A stretch of 43,117 nucleotides of DNA from Craspedostauros australis (lineage: Eukaryota): positions 1 through 43,117 of the forward strand of contig JALAGF010001676.1 in NCBI GenBank assembly GCA_030167865.1, given 5' to 3'. Below are positions 35,167-43,117 of the stretch, one piece after another. The position numbers and the translations under genes were made by a program. Position 1 is the first letter of the stretch. Every line of letters begins with the position of its first letter. Under the pieces are notes generated by a model. That model worked only from the letters and a program-made list of their open reading frames with translations. It was not told where the DNA came from and searched no databases.

Positions 35167-35802
35167 CATGCAACGAAAACATGGGGTGGGCTAAACAAGT
35201 AGATTATAGAGAAAGTTCTTGCAGGTCACCGGGTCTGTTGTCGATTACTCTGCAATACTCTACTCTACTTGTATTCTCTTCTCTTGTCTGCACCATGCGT
35301 CTTTGCTCTCCGTTCGCATAGTTGGATCTAGATCAACACACATAGCCTGCTATGAAGTCCGATGACTCGAGTCACAAGGCGAATTTCGCGAAGGAAACAC
35401 CAACGCTGACAAAAAGCCAGACGGGAAAAGCCAAGTGAGAAGAGAGACGCACAAACGAAACCACCGCGACAACAGCAACGACGACAAACGAAGGCGCCAC
35501 AGCAAAACGATTGCGCGCGAGGCACACACCGACACACAGAAACAAGAGAGGTTGTGAAACGAAAAGAGAAGAGACAACCACCACCGCAAGAGCGAAGCAG
35601 AGGGGAAGGCAGCATCTGAACAAAACCTTGCATTCCACATTCGATCAACGAGGTAAGCAACATGCACTGCCGTGATCATGATGCAACACTCGGTTATCGT
35701 CAACAGCTGCCGTCTCTCTATCTCTATCTGCTGGTTCGAAGTACTTCTTGGTTGAGTGTCTCGACGAAGAGTATCCTTGTTGTTCCTTGACGCAGAGATC
35801 GC

Positions 35803-36110
35803 GACAGACGGGCAAATGTCCGCATTCGCATGATGCCTGTCTGTTCGTATCTTCCTGCCGCGCACGCGCAGGGGACTTGCCCTCGTCATTTCCCTCACAC
35901 GGCTTCAGGAGCACCAGCAAACAGCGGATTGGAGGATACTAGTCGAGTACTGATGCTGCCCACCATCAGGTACTCTGCAGCAACCGCACTGCAGAGACTA
36001 GTGGAAACCGGCGCCGCAGGGGGAAGACACCTTGATCGGAGGTGCGCAAGGCACGGATCGGGACAGTGCTCTTCCCAATAGAGAGTATAATACATCTGCT
36101 CTCGTTGCCC
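35803..36110 (+). ncRNA. Unclassified highly structured RNA element (candidate ncRNA or cis-regulatory RNA)
   Basis: Many nested or adjacent stems with G-U pairs on the + strand only: 35804-14/35834-44, 35847-55/35931-39, three-way junction 35938-36002, long hairpin 36021-36076, 36081-87/36097-103. No credible ORF. No expression evidence available. Confidence 0.45.
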
Positions 36111-36472
36111 ACAACAATCGTATCAGCGCACGTACTCATCGCCGCCGTTGCCTTTCATTCCTTCCTCCCTTCAATTCCCGTCCTACGGCTTTGGCTGTTG
36201 CATGGTATGGTATTGGCGCAACATTCTACCCACACTTGCGTGAACAACGGCCCCCGAACAACGATTCAACTCGCGTTCGAATCTGATCCTCCTGCTAATG
36301 CCAAACGAATGCGCATCCATGTATGGTACGGATAGGCAGACACAACCAAGAACTGATCAAGCAAAGGAGATAAAGTACAAGTTTGCCAACGGTAACTTCT
36401 CCGCCTCTTCGGTCATTGTCACAATCGCACCCATCTACATACTCCACTCTACACAAAGCACAAAGCACAATC

Positions 36473-37474
36473 ATGAAGCCCAGTTCACAATCGAAGGGAT
36501 CGGAAGGGAAGCAGGTCACTGCCGAGGATGCGGGGGTCCCGAACGACACTGCCGCCTACATGGAATCTCTCAAGGACACTGAGGTCATAGAGCGGGTCAG
36601 ATGCGAGATCAAGGATTCGCACGTCTTCAAACTCCCACCACGCCAAACCGCAGGCGGCTGGCGGGGTGCGGACTGGACGGATGAAGTGTGGCAGGGCACC
36701 GTTAAAGTCGTGGAGCGAGGGGATCTCACTGTCGTGCTGCTTGTGGATCGGGGGAACGGCTCCATCTTCGCCGTCTGTCCCATCAAGGACGGCGCAGTGG
36801 ATCGCTGCGTCGATTCCAGCAGATACTTCGTCCTTCGGATAGAGAATGCCAACGGTCGTCACGGGTTCATCGGTGTGGCCTTCAACGAGCGAAACGATGC
36901 CTTCGACTTCAACACCTCTCTCGAGGATTCCAGACGAGAACGCGAAGCGGCGCTCAATCCTGAACCCCTGCTGCCGCAAGGCCCAGCAAAAGACTACAGC
37001 ATCAAGGAGGGAGAGAAGATAAGGGTCAACATCAAGAGCATTGGCGGCCATGGAGGAGGTGAGTGCATCTTTGCTGATGTATTCAATGCCGTGCCCTGCT
37101 TCTACATACTACATCGTCGCATCCTGGTGTCCTGGTATCCAATGTGCGAGCATGGTATCATGTCGCACAAACGCCTTCAAACTCAACTTCTGCTCCGCTT
37201 CGCAACGTCTTTTGCGTGACGCTGGTGTTTGTCGACGTCCCTGTTGTCTTCCTTCATCGCTTGTTGAACACATTTCTCGGACACTCTCCAAACACTCCTC
37301 GCATACTCATACGCATACACTCCTACTCACGTGGTATACTTACACTTACGCACATATGGCACAGAGTCCGACCAACGAAAAAGAAAGTCGGTGCCTGCCA
37401 AGAAAAAGGCTGGCGGTTTCACGCTCAAAGCATCATCAAAGGATACGCCCAGAAGAAATTCCGAAACCCACTGA
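36473..37474 (+). CDS. NECAP: NECAP-like adaptin ear-binding coat-associated protein (PHear domain), 2 exons: join(36473..37058,37365..37474), ~231 aa
   Basis: HVFKLPPR..GGWRGADW, IFAVCP, DRCVDSSRYFVLRI, FIGVAFNERNDAFDFN, DYSIKEGEKIRVNI. Phase-1 GTGAGT...CAG intron at 37059..37364. Exon 2 is less certain. Confidence 0.88.
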
Positions 37475-38308
37475 GCTCCGAGTTTGTGCTGGTGCAAAAT
37501 GAAAGGCAATTCAATTACGAAACAGGCGACGTATTTCGGCCATCTTCCTTATTGCTCTCGCTACTTGTGGTTGCTGCCGCTGTTACCGTTGCCATGGCCA
37601 CGGTCGTTGACATCGGCGTGCTATCCTTTCCTGTAGACTGCTCTATTTCCATCATGGAACAAGGTGTTGCCACATCAACCAAGGTGGCGCATCTATTCGG
37701 CACACATGAAGAATCGGTGTCTTCATCAACGTGCTCTGCCCATTCATTCACACAATACTCGCACGATCTTGGGATAGACTGATGGATTTGGATCATACGA
37801 TCAGATGCAGTTGCACGATGGAACGACACGTTCGTGAGATGCAGATTGTGGCATCCACATTCCAGCAAACGTGCGGAACAAAAGGAGCGCAATGGATGCG
37901 GGCGCTGCACATGTACGAGTAGTAGAGTATCCGTAGGCACATTCGTATTTCTATGCGAACATGATGGGGATAGAAGTGGTATGACAACAAGGCAAACCGG
38001 TGGCTCCGCAACCAATTTCGATGGCAAGGCAGTTGCCTCAGTCGCGACGAAGGAGTAGACATGGAGAATACAGAGTAGTGCAGCAACGAACATGTAAAAT
38101 AATATTATGCGAAAGATCGACAAGTATTTGCAGAATTGTGTCAACTCGTACCCCGTTGTTTGCAAAAGAAGGTATCGGCAAACTTTGTTGGCTCTCTCTC
38201 CTTTATCTGTGAGCATTTTATGGTACGATTGCACTCCGAGTCTGTGAGAGTGCTCTACGTAACTTCGTTGAAGTAATCCAAGTGGCCCACAATGGCGTTC
38301 TCGGAGAC

Positions 38309-39757
38309 TTAGTTCAGATCTCCCAGCAACTCGATTGCAGCTCCAGCACCTCCTTCATCGTTCGTCTCCTCCAGCACGATGTCCGCGACGTCCTTGATCA
38401 TATCGTTTCCATTCCCAACGGCGACACCGACCGCCGCCATCTCGATCATTCCCACGTCATTCTCGGCATCGCCAATTGCCATTACCTCGACCGACGGGGT
38501 CACCCCGAGAGCTTCGCACATCTTCTGAACGCCGAAGGCCTTGGAGCACCCCTCCGGTATCAGCTCCAGCATCGTCGGAACCGCCTGCGTCACGGATGCC
38601 TGCGTCGTCAGTCCCAGCTCTTCCAACTTGGGCCGCAGACGCGCCAGCTTCTCCAAATCGTGATCCATCAGCAGCACCTTGTGGATGGCAGGATGATCTG
38701 CCACCACGTCCAGCTGCTGCGCCAGCGGCTCTCCGTACCGCTCGTGCAACTCCACGACGATATCGGTCAACCGCGACGTGTATAGCTGATCACCATCGTA
38801 CGCCACGATGGAGCAATCGAACTCCTCCACGAGACGTTCGGCGCCTCGCACCGCATCCTGCGACAGCCGCCGTTCAAAGATGACCTCGTCGCCCAGCACG
38901 CAGTACAGGCCTTGGATGAAGACGCCTGGGAATTCCTGCAAGGCGTTGGCAAGCTCTGGTCCCAACGAGGCGAAGGCGCCGGCTCTGGTCTTGCCCGTGG
39001 CCGGCAGAAAGAAATCGAGCTTGCCGTTGGGAGACGATGCGGATGCGATGGCGCTGTTCACTGCCCGCAGGGTGCGCGGATGAATGGTCTGATCGGAACC
39101 AATGAGGGTGCCGTCGATATCGGAAATGACGACGTGGATGTCCTTGAGCTTGCTTTCATCGTACTTCGTGCTCGGTGTGGCGATGCTGTCGGAAGCGCCG
39201 TTGCTGTTACTGCTGCTTTGTTCATTGCCGTCGTTATCAGAATCGGCGGCCGCAGCGGTAGGCTCGTTCGAGTCAATCTGCGCGAGCGTCTGCAGCACCA
39301 TGTCATGCAACGAATCATTGATATCGTTGCTGGGGAATCCGATGCGAGCATCAGGACCATCTCGTGCACTCATATCATCATTTCTCTTCGGCTTCAACGT
39401 TTGTGACGACAAGTCATTGTGGACCTGCAGCAACGACATGAGCTCATCCTCGCTGTAGACGTCACTCTTGTTGGGTGGCAGAGGATTGGCCGGAGCAGCC
39501 GGAGGTTTGAAGGAATCCATGCCTCCGACGATTGGAATATCAGTGAAGTCACCATCTGCACCGCCCGTGCTATCATCCGTGTCGTTGTCGGTGGCGGACA
39601 ATCTCAGAGAAGTTGTTGTCGCTGTCGTTGTCACTATTGCTCTTCCCGTTGCTGCTGCGTGACGAAGCGTGTAATGATTCTTCCTCACGCTGAAGGGTTC
39701 GACGCGAATTAACCGGCATGCCACCAGCAGCGGGATGATGGGATACAGTCGCAACAT
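38309..39757 (-). CDS. Cof-type HAD-IIB hydrolase/phosphatase, probably plastid-targeted, ~482 aa
   Basis: HAD motif I SDIDGTL, motif II ATGK, PGVFIQGL, motif III ELIPEGCSKA, motif IV IGDAENDVGM. Signal-like MLRLYPIIPLLVACRLIRVEP-FS followed by a Thr/Arg-rich transit-like stretch. Confidence 0.88.
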   Translation of the reverse strand: MLRLYPIIPLLVACRLIRVEPFSVRKNHYTLRHAAATGRAIVTTTATTTSLRLSATDNDTDDSTGGADGDFTDIPIVGGMDSFKPPAAPANPLPPNKSDVYSEDELMSLLQVHNDLSSQTLKPKRNDDMSARDGPDARIGFPSNDINDSLHDMVLQTLAQIDSNEPTAAAADSDNDGNEQSSSNSNGASDSIATPSTKYDESKLKDIHVVISDIDGTLIGSDQTIHPRTLRAVNSAIASASSPNGKLDFFLPATGKTRAGAFASLGPELANALQEFPGVFIQGLYCVLGDEVIFERRLSQDAVRGAERLVEEFDCSIVAYDGDQLYTSRLTDIVVELHERYGEPLAQQLDVVADHPAIHKVLLMDHDLEKLARLRPKLEELGLTTQASVTQAVPTMLELIPEGCSKAFGVQKMCEALGVTPSVEVMAIGDAENDVGMIEMAAVGVAVGNGNDMIKDVADIVLEETNDEGGAGAAIELLGDLN

Positions 39758-39816
39758 CTCTCGCAACAACGCCGGTACGAGTAGGATTCTGGAAGTTGTG
39801 CCTTGCTGCACCGTGT

Positions 39817-39866
39817 CTCTGTGATTATGTCTGTGATTATGTCTGTGGTTGTGTCTGTGGATGTGG
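39817..39866 (+). repeat. Short 12/6-nt tandem repeat (TCTGTGATTATG-like)
   Basis: gtctgtgattat repeated, then degenerating. Lies in the HAD 5' leader. Confidence 0.6.
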
Positions 39867-40375
39867 ATAGTTGTGTTCGTCGATCTGCATCCATCACCCA
39901 TCAAACAACACGAGGGAGAGGAATGGAATTGTCGGAAGATCCTTGTGGTTGGCGCGTGAGATCCAAGTGTTACAATTACAACAAATTTCAATGTCCTTTT
40001 GAGGATATTTTCAGGATAAAAACTACAGATTCCCAACGCGGGTCGTATTATTTACGTGTTTACGATAACTGAATTTTTACAAAGACGTAACGAATCTCTC
40101 ACGACAGCACGCGACGCGTGTGTGGTCAATCATCTGGCTTTCTGATTGGTTCATCTCAATGAATCCCACGCTTGGCGGGAGTGAACGAAGGCCAGTTGCA
40201 CACCACACAACGAAAACCAACAACGCAAATGCGTGACGAAGATGCGCAAGAACAACGAGGACAGATCCCAGCAACAGAGCAACAAAGACAGAGAGCAAGA
40301 AGTCCGAACTCCACCAACACACAACACAACAAAAGACACCCAAGAAGATCATCCTCGAATCGAATCATCGCAACC

Positions 40376-41303
40376 ATGTCCGCCGTCCCAGCCTACGACC
40401 TGAACTTGGATGAACTGTCCGTCGCCCTCGGTTATGCCACCATCAGCGCCAAGGGCAAGGCCGCACCGGCCTCCGATGCCGTCGCCAAGGCCATGAACAT
40501 CAAGGCGCCAGCAAAGAAGGCTGCCGCGCCAAAGAAGGCTGCCAAGAAGGTACGACTCACGCACATCTTGCGCTTGCGCTCGTGTCATACACGTATGGTG
40601 CACAGAACAAGCACGGATTCAGTGGCAATCGCATAGTACATCTGTGATGATGTGCATCTGCGTTCGGTTGTCGCGTGTCAATGTTCCCAAACAAATGCAT
40701 GGAGCGGAAAGAATGACCAATGCATCTTTGATGTCTCACCCATCCCAATGACGTTTGCCCATCATACCAATACTCGCACCCCGCATACTTACGGATACTC
40801 CGCTGTTCGTTTGTCTCCCAATCGAAAACTATGACGACCATTGTTGTTATCATTGCCATCGCTATCACCATAAACAACCAAATGAATGACAACAGGAGGA
40901 AGACGATGATGACTTCGATGTGTTCGGAGATGACGATGATGAAGAGGAGGAGGAAGTCACCGAGAGCCGCGCAGAGAAGCTCGCCCGACTGAAGAAGGAG
41001 GCCGAGGAGCGTACGGCACGCAAGGAGGCCAAGCAGCGAACACTCGTCGCCATCGAGATCAAGCCATGGGATGTCGAGCAGGATCTGATGGTCCTGTGGA
41101 AGAAGATCACTACGACCATCGTCCAGGATGGTCTCAAGTGGGGAGAGAACTGCAACCTCGCCGATGTCGCGTTCGGCATCAAGAAGATCCAGTGTACCTT
41201 CACGATGGGAGTCGCCAACTCCTCCGACGATGTCTGCGAAGCGATTGAGAAGCTCGAGGATGAGGTCCAGTCCGTCGAGGTCACTTCCATGAACGTTCTC
41301 TAA
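40376..41303 (+). CDS. EEF1B: Translation elongation factor 1-beta (eEF1B GEF subunit), 2 exons: join(40376..40549,40896..41303), ~193 aa
   Basis: Acidic DDDDFDVFGDDD. C-terminal GEF domain IEIKPWD...DGLKWG...VAFGIKKIQ...EDEVQSVEV..MN.L. Phase-0 GTACGA...CAG intron at 40550..40895. Confidence 0.93.
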
Positions 41304-41716
41304 ATTTGTTCCTACCGCTGTAGAAATTCAATCAATTCGAAGTCTGCGGTGCTTGCGCTGTGGCACTACGTCCGAATGCGATACGGTGCGAGCACGAGTA
41401 GACTGTGACGAGAACTCTCCGAGCACGAAGACTGGAAACTGGCGGCTTGACGCAAAGGTGGTGGCGTGCATTGTTCTTTATTGTGACACTTGTGTTTGCA
41501 GAGATGTGGGCTAGAGATTAGTCGCTCCTACTTTAACGTCCGAGCTAGAGGACGTGCTACGCTGAGTACTCGTATGGTATCACGCAATGTTCTGGAGTAT
41601 TATATCATATAATGTTTGCATGCGGAAGGCAAACGTACTCGTAGCCGTACTCTGCTCCATTCTCGTGAGTAATTACGTTTGTTCCATTGCAGCATGGGAT
41701 CTACAATTGGGCACAT

Positions 41717-41743
41717 CACCACCACCACCACCACCACCACCAC
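41717..41743 (+). repeat. (CAC)9 microsatellite
   Basis: Seen directly. Confidence 0.95.
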
Positions 41744-41921
41744 GAGCAGCCGCGCCCTGACACTCTGGCGCAATGATCTGCTGTTGTCGATCGCGGTGAG
41801 TGCCTGCTTTCTGTGATCATTGCGTCGCCCATCCGATCTCTTCATCAAGATACGAGCACAGAGCACCCCACAGAGTAGATGCATCATCGGTACTCCTGTT
41901 GGTGAAATGTCCCAACCACTC

Positions 41922-42218
41922 TCATTTCGAAAACCGCGACCACATGCTGTTCGATTTGCGCGCACCGTCGTTGGTGGGGATGTTCACCGTGTTGTCCTCG
42001 TCTGTCTCCTTGCGCAGCAGGCCTTCGGACTGAAGCTTCTTGATCTCAGCAGCCAGCATGACGGAGGTGGGCGCGTCCTTCTCTTCGTGCAGTCCTCTCA
42101 TCTTGTCACGATCCGCGACGAACGGAAGGTAGATGGTTCCGATCCCCACAGCACCGAAGGTACCTGCGATGGCCGCGGCCACGATCTTGCTACCGGACGA
42201 CCTTGCTTGATGCGCCAT
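41922..42218 (-). CDS. Small single-pass membrane protein of unknown function (98 aa)
   Basis: ATG ORF with coding-like codon usage, one N-terminal TM segment (IVAAAIAGTFGAVGIGTIYLPF) and a C-terminal SMW motif. Confidence 0.65.
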   Translation of the reverse strand: MAHQARSSGSKIVAAAIAGTFGAVGIGTIYLPFVADRDKMRGLHEEKDAPTSVMLAAEIKKLQSEGLLRKETDEDNTVNIPTNDGARKSNSMWSRFSK

Positions 42219-43117
42219 CTTTCGTTGTGTGGAGCAATACTAGTAGAATCGCAATTGGCTGCAGAATATGCAGTCTTGAGGATGACACTATAACACAGTC
42301 GTTTCAGTAGTTCGTGCTGCTGATCGTGACGAAAGGCGGTGGGCGATGGTGGCGGCGGCTGTCCTGTATTGTCCTGGCCGAATGGGTGGCCTTTGGTTGC
42401 TCTTGATTTGCAATTGCCTTTCTTCTCCGTTTTGTGTTCGCAACGTTTGTGGAGACAACAGGCCAAGATGATGAGATGATGTCGATGATGTGGATTTTCG
42501 CGCAGAAACCAAACACAAACAACTCGCAACATCACTCTGAAACATCATCAGATGAAGTATAGCACTGTGTGACGACAAACGTGGAGCATGATTTCACATT
42601 GCGGATATCACATAATTTGCAAGAGATGATGGTTGTGGGATATCATGTACGGCATGCCATACTCCTTGTGTTACGAAGAAGGGCATCATCTCTTCTCACT
42701 GCGTTCTGCTCTATCCCTCTAATCTCTTTTAAATGCTACTGCCTCAAAGAGCCGGCTGTAACCAATTTTTTTGGTTACAGTTGGTTACAAGAAAAATGTC
42801 GTGTAGATCGTGGTACACGTTCTACTTAAGTCCCGAACAAAAAAGGCCAAAAACAGCATCAACCAAAGTTAAACTCTCCGGACTTAGCTCGTATGGGCCA
42901 TCCTGTACTCGTAATTATATTGTAGCATATTATATAGTTTATATATACAATCCTAAAGTTTGGTGTCTGTCGCTCTCTTGCTCGGCGAGCAATGACACGA
43001 TACGTCAAGCACCCCCATCATTCACGAATGCATTTGGGTATTCGAGACGTGTTTGGGCACCACAGGCACGTTTGGAATCGTCACACACATCATCTTCGCT
43101 TCCCCTCCTCACAATTT

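Noticed and set aside
35353-35908. UGAAG(U)CCG / CGGCUUCA pairing that mimics RNase P/MRP helix P4 with a bulged U
   Set aside because: The two halves are ~550 nt apart across unstructured A/C-rich sequence, most of the structured element lies outside them, and other conserved regions are not evident. A cmscan would settle it.
35816-36001. Selenoprotein reading via TGA read-through (MSAFA*C...ILVEY*CC)
   Set aside because: It does not match a CxxU/UxxC redox motif, the product looks non-protein-like, and I identified no SECIS.
35986-36030. CACUG...GGGAAG (cobalamin-riboswitch-like) and CAGAGACUA (group I intron P7-like) words in the structured element
   Set aside because: There is no B12 box, and the group I R/S elements would be in the wrong order. 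Short-word coincidences are likely.
37515-38234. 239-aa minus-strand ORF and fragmentary plus-strand frames between NECAP and HAD; similar fragments at 29630..30457 and 14475..14895
   Set aside because: No recognisable homology and no coding-like codon bias. They are possible pseudogene relics that would need tBLASTx.
40638-40735. Box C (GTGATGA at 40644) in the eEF1B intron, where vertebrate EEF1B2 hosts snoRNAs
   Set aside because: There is no CTGA box D (only TTGA), and rRNA complementarity is only 7-8 nt.
42468-42549. ATGATGA...CTGA pair on the plus strand
   Set aside because: It lies in GAT-rich low-complexity promoter sequence and has no recognisable guide.

Overview
Gene-dense eukaryotic nuclear DNA, most likely from a diatom. 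The evidence is bipartite signal-peptide plus 'AF' plastid-targeting motifs, GT-AG introns of about 215-690 nt, and diatom-type orphan families. The species cannot be named from sequence alone. I can support about 20 protein-coding genes: a wH/C2H2/RGG protein, an unknown two-exon plastid protein, plastid Cpn60, DUF3727, RPS23, an RS/RD-domain GT14-like glycosyltransferase, TyrA, ankyrin-BTB, cactin, an EamA transporter, RAD51C, a diatom orphan, a SWC6/YL1_C-like protein, a chlorophyllase-like hydrolase, F-box-LON-N, LDAH, NECAP, a Cof-type HAD, eEF1B and a small TM protein. There is one assembly gap and several microsatellites. I found no recognisable transposase, rRNA, tRNA or CRISPR. The strongest unexplained signal is a roughly 300-nt, densely base-paired plus-strand element at 35803-36110 that matches no RNA family I recognise. 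It appears to lie in a candidate 5'-leader intron of NECAP, with a 5-codon uORF inside its first hairpin loop. Several unusual domain architectures also stand out: a GT14-like enzyme carrying a splicing-factor-like RS/RD tail instead of a membrane anchor, an F-box fused to a LON-N domain, a zinc-less SWC6-like protein, and an LDAH ending in a PTS1. All family assignments come from motif recognition by eye, not from database searches.
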